Of a stretch of DNA of 64,000 nucleotides, positions 53,779 through 63,948 are shown piece after piece (the stretch's first letter is position 1; each line of letters opens with the position of its first letter). Source of the DNA: Anaeroplasmataceae bacterium (GTDB taxonomy: Bacteria > Bacillota_I > Bacilli_A > Acholeplasmatales > Anaeroplasmataceae). A program made the translations under genes and the position numbers. The stretch spans positions 1,428 through 65,427 of the forward strand of contig JBGVRA010000062.1 of assembly GCA_045127955.1 (NCBI GenBank), written 5' to 3'. The notes under the pieces are model-generated. The model was not told the origin of the DNA. It saw only the letters and a program-made list of their open reading frames with translations, and made no database searches.

Positions 53779-55527
53779 ATGATAAATTTCATTAAAAGTT
53801 TATGGTGGTTTATATCAAAGAATTGGTATAGATATGTTCTTATTGTGGTAGTTGGTTTAATGCTTACTGTTTTGAACTTAATTCCTGCATCACTTGTTAA
53901 AACTTTAACTGAAACTATTGATAGTGGTAATAGTATTACTGTTGATTTTCTTTTATCTATGGTTGTTATTCCTTATTTGATTACGATTGTTGTTTTATAT
54001 GTGGTTAATACTACAAAAAGAGTTATGCAAAATAGATTAAAGGTTAAGTTATATTATGCTTTACAAGTTAGATATATGGAAAATATTTTAGTTCAAGATG
54101 CTACTTTTTTTGAAAGATTTCAATCAGGTGATCTATTAACTAGAGCTTTAGGTGATGTTAAGAGTGTTAATTTTAGTGGTGGTAACCGTTTATTAAATAT
54201 CTTTTTGGAATTTATGACTGTTGTTGTGACTTTTGTTGCGATGATGTTAATTAATCCTGTTTTAAGTATTTTATGTATGATTCCTCTTAGTTGTATTTTC
54301 TTTGCTAATTTATTTTTAAGAAGAAAGGTTAAAGAAAATTGGAAGCGTGTTAGAGAAAAATCTTCTATTATGGGGAATGTTATTTTAGAAAGTATTACTA
54401 ATGTTAGAACGATTAGAGCTTTTTCTAAGGAAGAAGAAAATTATAATAAAAACTTAAAATATTCTAATGAAACTTATGATGTTGAAAAGAAAAACTTAAA
54501 AGTTAATGTTATATTTTTCCCTATGTTTCAATCTATTGTTGCTGTAGCAACTATTATTGCTTATGGATTAGGTGCTTATTTTTGCTATAATGGAGAACTA
54601 ACAGTTCCTGAACTTGTTCAGTTTACACTTTATTTAAATTTATTCCAAGGTCCTTTAACTAATATCGGTAATATGATTAATAATTTCTATCAATCTTTGA
54701 TTTCTGCTGATAGATTAAATGAAATATATGATTCTAAGAGTAGAGTTATAGATAAGAATAATGAGGATTTAAAAGAGATTAGAACTATTGAATTTAGAGA
54801 TTTTTCTTTTAGATATGATGGAGATAATGAAGATGTTTTAAAGAACATTGATTTAAAGATTGAAGAAGGTAAAACCTTAGGTATTGTTGGTAAAACTGGT
54901 AGTGGTAAATCTACTTTAGTTAGACAACTTATGAGACAGCTTCCGATTGAGTCTGGTAAGTTATATATTAATGGTGAAGAGATTGAAGATTTCAATCAAC
55001 AAACTGTTAGAAAAAATATTGGATATGTTCCTCAAGAACATGTGTTGTTTTCTAGATCTGTTTTAAAGAATGTTTTAATTGGTGATTCAAAAGCCACAGA
55101 AGAAGATATTAATAATGCTGTTAGTTTAGCTGATTTTGAAAAAGATATTGATATGTTAGCTAATGGTTATGACACGATTGTTGGAGAGTATGGTGTTACT
55201 TTGTCTGGTGGACAAAAACAAAGACTTGCGATTGCTAGAGCTTTTTTGAAAAATGCTGATGTTTTGATTTTGGATGATTCTTTATCTGCTGTTGATGGTA
55301 AGACTGAAGCTAATATTATTAAATCGTTAAAAACTCATCGTTCTAATCGTACTAATATTATTGTTGCTCACAGACTTTCTGCGGTAATGCACGCTGATTT
55401 GATTATTGTTATGGATAATGGTGAGATTGTTGAACGTGGTACACATGAATCACTAATGAGTGAAAAGGGTTGGTATTATGATCAATTCTTAGCTCAAGCT
55501 ATGGAGGAGGTTGCTTCTCATGAGTAA
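53779..55527 (+). CDS. ABC transporter permease/ATPase (type I exporter, half-transporter A)
   Basis: Six TM helices plus an NBD. Walker A 'GKTGSGKST', signature 'LSGGQKQR', Walker B 'ILILDD'. Confidence 0.9.
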   Translation: MINFIKSLWWFISKNWYRYVLIVVVGLMLTVLNLIPASLVKTLTETIDSGNSITVDFLLSMVVIPYLITIVVLYVVNTTKRVMQNRLKVKLYYALQVRYMENILVQDATFFERFQSGDLLTRALGDVKSVNFSGGNRLLNIFLEFMTVVVTFVAMMLINPVLSILCMIPLSCIFFANLFLRRKVKENWKRVREKSSIMGNVILESITNVRTIRAFSKEEENYNKNLKYSNETYDVEKKNLKVNVIFFPMFQSIVAVATIIAYGLGAYFCYNGELTVPELVQFTLYLNLFQGPLTNIGNMINNFYQSLISADRLNEIYDSKSRVIDKNNEDLKEIRTIEFRDFSFRYDGDNEDVLKNIDLKIEEGKTLGIVGKTGSGKSTLVRQLMRQLPIESGKLYINGEEIEDFNQQTVRKNIGYVPQEHVLFSRSVLKNVLIGDSKATEEDINNAVSLADFEKDIDMLANGYDTIVGEYGVTLSGGQKQRLAIARAFLKNADVLILDDSLSAVDGKTEANIIKSLKTHRSNRTNIIVAHRLSAVMHADLIIVMDNGEIVERGTHESLMSEKGWYYDQFLAQAMEEVASHE

Positions 55528-57286
55528 AAAGAAAAATGAATATTCTAAGGGAATGTTATTTAAAAAGACTTTACCTTATATTTTTAAAGAGAAAAAACTT
55601 GTTATTATTACTTTGGTTTTAAGTTTGTTTGTTGCGGGGATTACTACTATTACTCCACTTTTGACTAAGGAAATATTAGATGAATTTATTCCTAATAAAG
55701 ATTTAGATAAGGTATGGTTGTATTTAATATATTATTTGATTTTGACTGTTGTTATTGTTATAATGCGTTATGCTTTACAGTATTTACAGACTTTAACTGG
55801 TATGCATATTGAGAAAAATATTAGAGAAAAAGCTATAAAGAAGGTAAATGATTTACCTGTTGATTATTTTTCTTTAGAACCTGATGGTAAGATTGTTGCT
55901 AAGATTACTAGTGATAGTACTGGTGTTAGAACATTCTATATGACTATGTTTTCGATTGTTAATGCCTTAACTAATATTGGGATTGTATATGTTGGTTTAA
56001 TTATTTTAGAACCAATGCTTGGTCTTATTATTTTAGCTTTACTTCCTATTATTATAGTTTGGATTACTGTGTATAGAAGAAAGGTACATAGCTATTATTT
56101 AGATTTAAGAGAAACTGGTTCTCGTATTACTGGTAAATTAAATGAGCTTATTAGCGGTGCTTTAATTATTCAAGATTTTAATCAAGAAGAAGAGATGTTA
56201 GGTGAGTATAAAGATTTAGTTAATTTTTATAACTATAATGATAAAAGAGCTAATACGATTAATATTTATTTTGGTTGGGAATTATTGATAGCCTTAAAAA
56301 GATTAGCTGAAGTTGGGATTTTATTCTTTTTAGGATTTGAGGCTACTACGGTTGGTGGAGTCGTTATTACTGCTGGTTTAATAACTACATTCTTAACATA
56401 TTTAGATCGTATGATTAATCCTATTAATGCTATTTTTAATAATTTAAATGAACTTGAGGATTCACTTGTTGCTGCTAATCGTGTGTTTATGTTTATTGAT
56501 GAGGAAAATGATACTAGAATTGATAGTGGAAATGAAGCACCGTTAGAATTAAAAGGTGAAGTTGAATTTAAGAATATTAGATTTGCGTATGTTAATGATA
56601 CTTATGTTCTAGATGGTGTTTCTTTACATGTGGAGGCTGGAAAAAAGATTGGTATTGTTGGTCATACAGGTAGTGGTAAATCTAGTTTAATGAATCTATT
56701 ACTAGCGTATAATGACTATCAAGAAGGGTCTTTACTTGTTGATGGTGTTGATATTAAATCTTATAATAAAGCATCTTACAGAAAGAATTTAGGTATTGTT
56801 TTACAAACTCCAGCTTTATTTGCAGGTACAATTAAATCTAATGTAACAATGGAAAGAGATTATCCTGATGAAGAGGTTATTAAGGTTTTAGAAGAAGTTG
56901 GGGCTTCTTATATGCTTAAGAAAAATGAGCTTGGACTTGATACACCTATTTCTTTTAAAGGTGATAACTTATCTTTAGGTGAAAAACAATTATTATCTTT
57001 TGCAAGAATTTTACTTAGAAAACCTAAGATTTTAGTATTAGATGAAGCTACAGCTAATATTGATTCTGATACTGAAACTAAGATTAAAAATGCTATGGAT
57101 GTTGTTGCTAAGGGAAGAACTACATTTATTATTGCTCATAGATTATCTACGATTAAAGATGCTGATGAGATTATTGTTTTAGACCATGGAAAGATTGTTG
57201 GTAAGGGTAGTCATAATCATTTATATAATACTTGTGATATTTATAAAGATATGTATGATTCACAATTTGAAAATAGTAAGAAATAA
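55520..57286 (+). CDS. ABC transporter permease/ATPase (half-transporter B)
   Basis: Walker A 'GHTGSGKSS', signature 'LSLGEKQL', Walker B 'ILVLDEA'. GGAGGAGG RBS. 8-nt overlap with the partner gene. Confidence 0.9.
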   Translation: MSKKKNEYSKGMLFKKTLPYIFKEKKLVIITLVLSLFVAGITTITPLLTKEILDEFIPNKDLDKVWLYLIYYLILTVVIVIMRYALQYLQTLTGMHIEKNIREKAIKKVNDLPVDYFSLEPDGKIVAKITSDSTGVRTFYMTMFSIVNALTNIGIVYVGLIILEPMLGLIILALLPIIIVWITVYRRKVHSYYLDLRETGSRITGKLNELISGALIIQDFNQEEEMLGEYKDLVNFYNYNDKRANTINIYFGWELLIALKRLAEVGILFFLGFEATTVGGVVITAGLITTFLTYLDRMINPINAIFNNLNELEDSLVAANRVFMFIDEENDTRIDSGNEAPLELKGEVEFKNIRFAYVNDTYVLDGVSLHVEAGKKIGIVGHTGSGKSSLMNLLLAYNDYQEGSLLVDGVDIKSYNKASYRKNLGIVLQTPALFAGTIKSNVTMERDYPDEEVIKVLEEVGASYMLKKNELGLDTPISFKGDNLSLGEKQLLSFARILLRKPKILVLDEATANIDSDTETKIKNAMDVVAKGRTTFIIAHRLSTIKDADEIIVLDHGKIVGKGSHNHLYNTCDIYKDMYDSQFENSKK

Positions 57287-57298
57287 ATAATAAAAAAC

Positions 57299-57345
57299 GG
57301 TGAAAAAGTAGTTTGTATACTATTGTTTTCACCTTTTATTTTTAT
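57299..57345 (+). terminator. rho-independent terminator after the ABC pair
   Basis: GGTGAAAA ... TTTTCACC followed by a T-run. Confidence 0.65.
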
Positions 57346-57509
57346 TAAAATTTGAAATAAGTGTTATATTTGTGTTTTTATACAAATATTACTCCATTTT
57401 TTTGTTTATTATTTCAAGATATTGACTTTTTTTGAAATTTGATATATCATAGTATAATCAACTAATTTAACGAGTCGAATATTAGTTGATAAAAAAAGGA
57501 GAGGAATAA

Positions 57510-58907
57510 ATGAAAAAGATATTGGTTTTATTTGGTTTGATTTTTATTTTATGTTCTTGTACTTCATATGATATTAATTCAACAATTAAATATGTTAATA
57601 CAGATTTTAATTCAAACTATTTATATAGAATAGAAAGTACGGATGGTTATAATTATATTAATAATTCTGGCGATGTAATTTTAGAATTTGAAAAAGACGA
57701 AGATTTACCTAAGCTAATACTTAAAGAAAATGGTTTTCTTCATTATAAAGGTAAAAATTATCAGTATGTTAATGAAAAATTAATAGAAATAGATAAAAGA
57801 TATTATCCTATTATTTTTGATGATACTATTTATTTTTATAAAGGTGAACTTTATGAATATTTTGATCTTGATTTCAGACCTATAAAACATTTATTTGGTC
57901 ATACAATTTCTAATTTTTGCACTGGTGTGTTATCTTTGAGTGCTGATAAAAAAACATCATGTGTTGTTGGTGTAAATGGGAAAAGATTAATAGATGATAT
58001 AAAGAATGATGTTGGAAATCTGCCTGAGTTATATCGGGTTAATATATATTATAGAAATGTAAAAATTAATAATGTTAATACTAATTTTGTATTTGTGAAA
58101 AGAAATAATAAATTATATGTTTTAAATGAAAAATTAGAAAAAATATGTAAAGTTGATAATGTTTTAGATATATACCAAATTAGTTTTGAATCAAAAGATA
58201 ATAATGCTTGTGCTATAAATATTACTGCAAATAATTCAAAATATAGATATGATTTATCTTCACATAAGTTATCAAAGGTTGAAGATTTTTATGATTATAG
58301 TTTTTCTAATGGAAGCTATTATAATAGAAATTCAGCTTATATTAAAGATATTGGAAGTATTGAAGATATAGATGCTTGGGTAATTAGAGGTACTCACTAT
58401 ATTAAATATTTATCTGATTCAAATAAGGTTATAATATTAGAATTAGCTAGTAGTGGAGATATATTAAGAACTGTTGAATTTAATGAAGATGGTAATTATA
58501 CAGTTGATTTAATTACTAAAGAAATTGTTAAAAATTCTAATTATCAATATACTATTGATGATGTGATTTATAATGTCAAGCAGATGATGGTTATAAATTT
58601 AGGTGAAAGCTTTATAATTCATGATAAAGAAAATAACAAAATAGTTAGTTCATGTTCTGGAAAGATTGAAATGATGGATTCTACTTTAAGTGTTTTATCA
58701 ACAGATGTGTATACTTACTGTCAATTTGGAAATAAGTTGATAACTTTTAATAGAATTAATTTTGAAATAGATAGTTTTAACTTAGATAATAATTATGTAA
58801 TTAGTAAAGTATTTGATGATATAGTTTTCTTATCGTATAACTATCATACAATTGGTATAAAAAATAATAAAATTATATTAGAATTTAATGGAAATATTTC
58901 CTTTTAA
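57510..58907 (+). CDS. lipoprotein, hypothetical
   Basis: Signal/lipobox 'FILCSC'. GGAGAGG RBS. Confidence 0.7.
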   Translation: MKKILVLFGLIFILCSCTSYDINSTIKYVNTDFNSNYLYRIESTDGYNYINNSGDVILEFEKDEDLPKLILKENGFLHYKGKNYQYVNEKLIEIDKRYYPIIFDDTIYFYKGELYEYFDLDFRPIKHLFGHTISNFCTGVLSLSADKKTSCVVGVNGKRLIDDIKNDVGNLPELYRVNIYYRNVKINNVNTNFVFVKRNNKLYVLNEKLEKICKVDNVLDIYQISFESKDNNACAINITANNSKYRYDLSSHKLSKVEDFYDYSFSNGSYYNRNSAYIKDIGSIEDIDAWVIRGTHYIKYLSDSNKVIILELASSGDILRTVEFNEDGNYTVDLITKEIVKNSNYQYTIDDVIYNVKQMMVINLGESFIIHDKENNKIVSSCSGKIEMMDSTLSVLSTDVYTYCQFGNKLITFNRINFEIDSFNLDNNYVISKVFDDIVFLSYNYHTIGIKNNKIILEFNGNISF

Positions 58908-58912
58908 TTAAG

Positions 58913-58935
58913 GCCGCTTTTAAGCGGCTTTTACT
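58913..58935 (+). terminator. rho-independent terminator
   Basis: GCCGC-loop-GCGGC followed by TTTTACTTTT. Confidence 0.6.
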
Positions 58936-58940
58936 TTTCG

Positions 58941-58969
58941 TTGAAAGTGATTTATTCATATGTTATAAT
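58941..58969 (+). promoter_or_regulatory. promoter of the aromatic amino-acid operon
   Basis: TTGAAA (58941-58946), 17-nt spacer, TATAAT (58964-58969). Confidence 0.6.
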
Positions 58970-59009
58970 TATAGAATAATCTATGTAATAGATTAAATGG
59001 GTGGTTATT

Positions 59010-59837
59010 ATGAAAATATTAGTTGTTGGTTTAGGTTTAATAGGAGGATCTTATGCTGCATCTTTAAGTAATAAGGGTCATAAGGTCTATGGTGTTGATA
59101 TTAATAATGAATCATTAGATTATGCTTTAAATAAGAAATGGATTGTTAGTGGAGCTAGTGATGCTGGCTATTTTATTAGTGATATGGATATGATTATTAT
59201 TTGTTTATATCCAAAACTTATTTTAGAGTTTTTAGTTAAGTATTCTAAGTATTTTAAAGAAGGACAAATTATTACTGATGTTTGTGGGGTTAAGAGTTCT
59301 TTTGTAGAAGAAGCTACTAAGCTAGCTTATCCTGCAACTTATCTTTCTCACCATCCTATGGCTGGTAAAGAAAAAGTTGGTATTAAATATTCTGATAGTA
59401 GAATTTTTATTGGTGCTAATTTTTTAATTACTCCTTTTAGTGATAATGATCAAGCAATAGAGGTCTTAAAAAAGATGGCTATTGAGATGGGATTTGGTCG
59501 TATTACTGTTATGAGTCCTAAACGTCACGATCAAATGATTGGTTTTACTTCTCAGCTTACTCACGCTATTGCGGTATCGCTTGTTAATAGTGATCATGAT
59601 AATGAAACTAAGAATTTTATTGGTGATTCTTATCGTGATTTAACTAGAATTGCGATGATTAATGAAAGTTTATGGAGTGAATTATTTTTAGAGAATAAAG
59701 AGGCTTTACTTACTCATATTGAGTCTTTCGAAAATGAATTAAATGTATTAAAAAATGCATTATATGAAGATGATAAAGATAGATTAAATGAATTATTTAG
59801 AAGTTCAACTAAGATTAGAAAAGAGATGGAAAAGTGA
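59010..59837 (+). CDS. tyrA: prephenate dehydrogenase
   Basis: Rossmann 'VVGLGLIGGS', 'SHHPMAG', 'HDQMIGFTSQLTH'. Confidence 0.9.
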   Translation: MKILVVGLGLIGGSYAASLSNKGHKVYGVDINNESLDYALNKKWIVSGASDAGYFISDMDMIIICLYPKLILEFLVKYSKYFKEGQIITDVCGVKSSFVEEATKLAYPATYLSHHPMAGKEKVGIKYSDSRIFIGANFLITPFSDNDQAIEVLKKMAIEMGFGRITVMSPKRHDQMIGFTSQLTHAIAVSLVNSDHDNETKNFIGDSYRDLTRIAMINESLWSELFLENKEALLTHIESFENELNVLKNALYEDDKDRLNELFRSSTKIRKEMEK

Positions 59838-60850
59838 GAAAATTAAATATAGAATTAAAGGATCATTCTTATGATATTTTTATAGAAGAAGGTTTACTTT
59901 TTCATTTAAATAAATATATTAAGAATGTTTATAAAGAGAAGAAAATATTTATAATCACTGATGATAAAGTAGCTTCATTTTATTTAAATACTGTTGTTAA
60001 TTCTTTATCTAGTGATTATGAGGTTGATTATGTTATTATTCCAAACGGTGAAGAGTCAAAAAACATTAATGTTTATGCTGATGTTTGTGAAAAATTAATA
60101 AGCAAGGGAATTAGAAGAAATTATTTATTACTGGCTTTAGGTGGTGGTGTGATAGGTGATTTAACTGGTTTTATTGCCTCAACATTATTTAGGGGATTAC
60201 CTTATATTGGTGTTCCTACTTCATTACTTGCCCAAATGGATTCATCTATTGGTGGTAAGACTGGTATAGATTTTAATGGTAGAAAAAATATTATTGGAGC
60301 TTTTAAACAACCTTTAATGGTACTAATTGACCCTAATACTTTAAATACATTAGAGAAATGTGAATTTAATAATGGTATGGGAGAACTTATTAAGCACGGA
60401 GCTATTGGTAATGAAAGATTGTTAAAGATGTTGCTTGATAAGCCAGATATTAATGAAGATATTATTTATGAGAGTTTAACTGTAAAAAAGAAATTGGTTG
60501 AACTTGATGAATTTGATTTAAAAGAAAGAATGTTTTTAAATTTTGGTCATACTTTTGGCCATGCTGTTGAGCTTAAGTATGGTTATAAACATGGAGAAGC
60601 TGTTGCTGTTGGGATGGTAATGGCTTTGAAAATGGGGATTGATTTAGGTATTACTAATAGTGAATGTTTGAATTTAATAGAAAGTATTATTAAACTATAT
60701 GATTTACCATTAGAGGTATTAAATTATAAAGATTATTTAAAAGATAGTGTTTATGATAAGAAAAATATTGCTGGTAAAGTTAGGTTTATTTTGATTGAAG
60801 ATATTGGTAAACCTATTATGTATGAAATAAGAGAGGATGAGCTTTTGTGA
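59834..60850 (+). CDS. aroB: 3-dehydroquinate synthase
   Basis: 'LALGGGVIGDLTGF', 'VPTSLLAQMDSSIGGKTGI', 'FGHTFGHA'. GTGA overlap with tyrA. Confidence 0.9.
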   Translation: MRKLNIELKDHSYDIFIEEGLLFHLNKYIKNVYKEKKIFIITDDKVASFYLNTVVNSLSSDYEVDYVIIPNGEESKNINVYADVCEKLISKGIRRNYLLLALGGGVIGDLTGFIASTLFRGLPYIGVPTSLLAQMDSSIGGKTGIDFNGRKNIIGAFKQPLMVLIDPNTLNTLEKCEFNNGMGELIKHGAIGNERLLKMLLDKPDINEDIIYESLTVKKKLVELDEFDLKERMFLNFGHTFGHAVELKYGYKHGEAVAVGMVMALKMGIDLGITNSECLNLIESIIKLYDLPLEVLNYKDYLKDSVYDKKNIAGKVRFILIEDIGKPIMYEIREDELL

Positions 60851-62115
60851 ATGTAATTATTCGTCCTAAAAAATTAAGTGGAGAAATTATTATTCCTCCA
60901 TCAAAGAGTTTATCACATAGAGCTATTATTGCTGCTAGTTTAGCAAATGGAAAAAGTGTGATTTCTAATGTTTTATTTTCTAAAGATATTATCGCAACTA
61001 TTGAAGCGATGAGAGCTTGTGGAGCTATTATTGAACAAAAGGAAAATTCACTTATTATTTATGGAAGTAAAGTAAGAAGAGCTAAACATGAGTTAAACGC
61101 AAATGAGTCTGGATCTACAATTAGATTTATGATTCCTATTGCTTTAGTTTGTGAAGATTTAATGGTTTTTAAAGGAGAAAATCATTTAGTTAATAGACCT
61201 TTAGATACATATTATGAGATTTTTGATAAACTAGGTATTAAGTATTCTCATCCTAGTGATGCTTATTTACCTTTAGAAACTAAAGGTGGATTAAAAGCTT
61301 CAGATTATGAGATTAGAGGAGATATTTCTTCACAATTTATTACTGGCTTATTATATGCTTTACCAATGTTAGATGGAGACAGTAGACTTATTATTACTAC
61401 TAAATTAGAATCTAAGGGGTATGTTGATTTAACTTTAGATATTTTATCTAAATTTGGAATAAGTATTATTAATAAAGATTATAAAGAATTTATAATTAAA
61501 GGTAATCAAGAATATAAACCTTGTGATTATACTATTGAAGGCGATTATTCACAATCTGCTTTCTTTTTACTTGCTGATGCATTAGGATCTAATGTGGTAT
61601 TAAAAGCTATGAATCCAGATAGCTTTCAAGGAGATAAAAAGATTATTAACGATATGAAAGATTTTGGGTGTGAGTGTTATATTACAAATGATGAAATTAG
61701 ATGTGTTGGTAATGATTTACATGGTGCTGTTATCGATTTTGCTCAATCACCTGATTTAGGACCAGCTTTAGCTGTTTTAGCTTCTTTAGCAAGTGGAAAA
61801 AGTGAGTTTATTAATGCTGGTCGTTTACGTATTAAAGAATGTGATCGAATTACGTGTATGCGAGTTGAACTAGAAAAGATGGGGGCTAATATTATTGAAA
61901 GTGAAGAGGGTATGCAGTTTGTAGGTGTTTCTAATTTACATGGTGCTTGTGTTTCATCACATAATGACCATAGAGTTGCGATGGCAATTGCGATGGCGGC
62001 TACTGTTGCTACTTCTGAAACTAAGATATTAAATGCTTCTTGTGTTTCTAAGTCTTTTCCGCATTTTTGGGAATGTTTTGAGGCGTTAGGAGGAGATGTT
62101 TCTTATGAAGAATAA
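60847..62115 (+). CDS. aroA: 3-phosphoshikimate 1-carboxyvinyltransferase (EPSP synthase)
   Basis: 'PPSKSLSHRA', 'NANESGSTIRF', 'LRIKECDRI', 'NDHRVAMA'. Confidence 0.95.
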   Translation: MNVIIRPKKLSGEIIIPPSKSLSHRAIIAASLANGKSVISNVLFSKDIIATIEAMRACGAIIEQKENSLIIYGSKVRRAKHELNANESGSTIRFMIPIALVCEDLMVFKGENHLVNRPLDTYYEIFDKLGIKYSHPSDAYLPLETKGGLKASDYEIRGDISSQFITGLLYALPMLDGDSRLIITTKLESKGYVDLTLDILSKFGISIINKDYKEFIIKGNQEYKPCDYTIEGDYSQSAFFLLADALGSNVVLKAMNPDSFQGDKKIINDMKDFGCECYITNDEIRCVGNDLHGAVIDFAQSPDLGPALAVLASLASGKSEFINAGRLRIKECDRITCMRVELEKMGANIIESEEGMQFVGVSNLHGACVSSHNDHRVAMAIAMAATVATSETKILNASCVSKSFPHFWECFEALGGDVSYEE

Positions 62116-62377
62116 GTTAGATATTGCTAGAGAAATAATTAATATTATTGATTTAGAGATGATTGAATTATTTAAAAAAAGAATGGAAGCCGCTAAGATG
62201 GTTGCTGAATTTAAAAAAGAAAATAATAAGCCTATTTTTGATCAAAAAAGAGAAGAAGAACTTATTAAGAGAAATATTTCTTGTTTAAATGATGAAGAGT
62301 TAGAAAAATATTATAAGATATTTATTGAAGGGGTTTTAGAAGCTTCTAAAACATATCAAAAGGATTTGATAAAATGA
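62105..62377 (+). CDS. chorismate mutase (AroQ-type)
   Basis: 'LDIAREIINIIDLEMIELFKKRMEAAKMVAEFK...PIFDQKREEE'. Confidence 0.8.
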   Translation: MKNKLDIAREIINIIDLEMIELFKKRMEAAKMVAEFKKENNKPIFDQKREEELIKRNISCLNDEELEKYYKIFIEGVLEASKTYQKDLIK

Positions 62378-63147
62378 AAAAATTTGGGTTATTAGGAGAA
62401 AAACTTTCTCATAGTTGGTCTCCTTTAATACATAATATTATTTATGAAAAATATAATATTGATGCTTCATATGATTTATTAGAATGTAATGAAGAAGATT
62501 TAGGTAAATATATAAAATTACTTAAAGATGGATATTATAGTGGATTAAATGTTACAATCCCTTATAAGAAAACAATAATGAAATATTTAGATGAAATTAG
62601 TATTGAAGCTAAAGAAATTGGTAGTGTTAATACTATTTATATTAAAGAAGGTAAAGTTATTGGGACAAACACTGATTATTATGGTTTTTTAGAAGAAATA
62701 AAATACTATAATATTGAATGCAAAGATAAATTTGCTTATGTTTTAGGTACTGGTGGAGCATCTTTAGCTATTTTTAAAGTACTTAAAGACTTAAGTAGTA
62801 ATGTGTGTTTTGTTTCTAGAAATCCTGATGAATTTAGTATTTCTTATCAAGAATTAGAAAGTAAAGATAATATAGATATTATGGTTAATACAACACCTGT
62901 AGGAATGTATCCTAAAATGGGTGTTTCACCGGTTTCTAGCGATGTTTGTAAGAAAGCTAAGGTTGTTATTGATATTATCTTTAATCCGCTTAAAACTAAG
63001 CTTTTAGAGGATGCTTGTAGTGATTATCATGGGCTTTTTATGCTTGTTGGTCAAGCTATTGAATCAGAACGTATCTGGTTAAATAGTAATTTAGATATTG
63101 ATATATCTTTCATTGTTGATAAGGTTATTGAAGAAAAGAGGTTATAG
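62374..63147 (+). CDS. aroE: shikimate dehydrogenase
   Basis: 'LGEKLSHSWSP', 'NVTIPYK', 'SVNT', 'GTNTDYYGF', 'GTGGAS'. Confidence 0.9.
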   Translation: MKKFGLLGEKLSHSWSPLIHNIIYEKYNIDASYDLLECNEEDLGKYIKLLKDGYYSGLNVTIPYKKTIMKYLDEISIEAKEIGSVNTIYIKEGKVIGTNTDYYGFLEEIKYYNIECKDKFAYVLGTGGASLAIFKVLKDLSSNVCFVSRNPDEFSISYQELESKDNIDIMVNTTPVGMYPKMGVSPVSSDVCKKAKVVIDIIFNPLKTKLLEDACSDYHGLFMLVGQAIESERIWLNSNLDIDISFIVDKVIEEKRL

Positions 63148-63148
63148 T

Positions 63149-63940
63149 ATGAGCGAGATTGATAAGTTGTTTGATGAAAACAATAACGAAAATATTATTT
63201 TATTTAATGAAAAAGGGGAGGAAATAGCATTTGAACAAATTGCTATTATTCCTATTAAAGAAAGAATTTTTTGTATATTAAAACCTGTTATTCTTATTTC
63301 TGGAATGGATCCTGCTGAAGGTCTTGTTTTTGAGGTTGTAACAGAAAATGAAGAAGAAAAAATAGTTCTTGTTACAGATGAAACAATTATTGATGAGGTA
63401 TTTGATATTTATCTTGGATTATTTGAAAAAGATGATGAAATTTTTGATATTCAAGATACAACAGGAAGATTGATTATTTATAAGGAAATGAAAATTTTTA
63501 ATGTTCGTGGTAAAAGATATGGATTGGTAGTTCCGCTTAATTTTGAAAGCGATGAACCATTAGTTTTAGAGATTAAAGTTGATACTTGTGATATTTTATA
63601 TACACCTGTTAGTGATTTAGAAATAATTAATCATATTTATGCGTTAGAAGAAAATAGAAAAGAAATTCATGATTTATGTTGTGATGAAGAAAAAGAAAGT
63701 ATTTTCTTATGTTTATCTAGTGGAATTAGAGCTGAATTTAAAGAAATAGCTTATAAGTTATATAATAATAAAGCTTATACAATATTAAAACCAGTAGAAT
63801 ATTTAGAAGAATTAGAACCATATGGATTGTTAATTTTAGAAGTTGTTGTTGATAATGATGTTGAATATATTACTCCAGTTTTAGATAATAATATTATAAA
63901 AGAAGTATATGAGCTTTATTGTAATGAAATAGAAGGATAG
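63149..63940 (+). CDS. DUF1292-like protein with three internal repeats
   Basis: Three units of about 80 aa with the pattern '..F..IA.I......Y.ILKP........L.LE........L.PV.D...I..V..LY'. ATG 63149 with an AAGAGG RBS. Confidence 0.6.
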   Translation: MSEIDKLFDENNNENIILFNEKGEEIAFEQIAIIPIKERIFCILKPVILISGMDPAEGLVFEVVTENEEEKIVLVTDETIIDEVFDIYLGLFEKDDEIFDIQDTTGRLIIYKEMKIFNVRGKRYGLVVPLNFESDEPLVLEIKVDTCDILYTPVSDLEIINHIYALEENRKEIHDLCCDEEKESIFLCLSSGIRAEFKEIAYKLYNNKAYTILKPVEYLEELEPYGLLILEVVVDNDVEYITPVLDNNIIKEVYELYCNEIEG

Positions 63941-63948
63941 TGATTAAT

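Noticed and set aside
678-54995. About 25 short track ORFs lying antisense to, or out of frame within, well-supported genes: 678-866, 7108-7299, 7763-8032, 8765-8965, 10455-10745, 11317-11631, 12098-12334, 12608-12892, 13732-13995, 14167-14394, 15784-16014, 19113-19466, 28319-28627, 30640-30825, 36939-37121, 37000-37191, 39889-40122, 44933-45205, 45230-45577, 47903-48109, 49360-49563, 49625-49810, 50721-51110, 50825-51031, 51375-51608, 54690-54995.
   Set aside because: Each overlaps a longer ORF that has clear family motifs. They lack RBSs and have low-complexity, Ile/Leu/Phe/Ser-rich translations typical of AT-rich shadow frames. The Pro/Ala-rich ones at 49625-49810 and 50721-51110 are simply the reverse complement of Gly-codon-rich toxin tips.
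57457-57490. A perfect 10-bp inverted repeat (ATCAACTAAT ... ATTAGTTGAT) upstream of the lipoprotein gene, as a possible operator or riboregulator.
   Set aside because: It overlaps the putative -10 region, but there is no adjacent regulator, no recurrence elsewhere in the window, and AT-rich palindromes of this size are common here. Noted only.
394-63148. N-terminal extensions in the ORF track: 394 for ccpA, 4529, 16516, 22804 for typA, 24673 for the vWA protein, 28587 for pepT, 39884 for the binding lipoprotein, 53770, 55511, 59001, and 63098.
   Set aside because: In each case an internal ATG, GTG or TTG is preceded by a proper GGAGG-type RBS. That start also yields the canonical N-terminus (a signal peptide or conserved first motif). 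Several of the extensions run through promoter elements.
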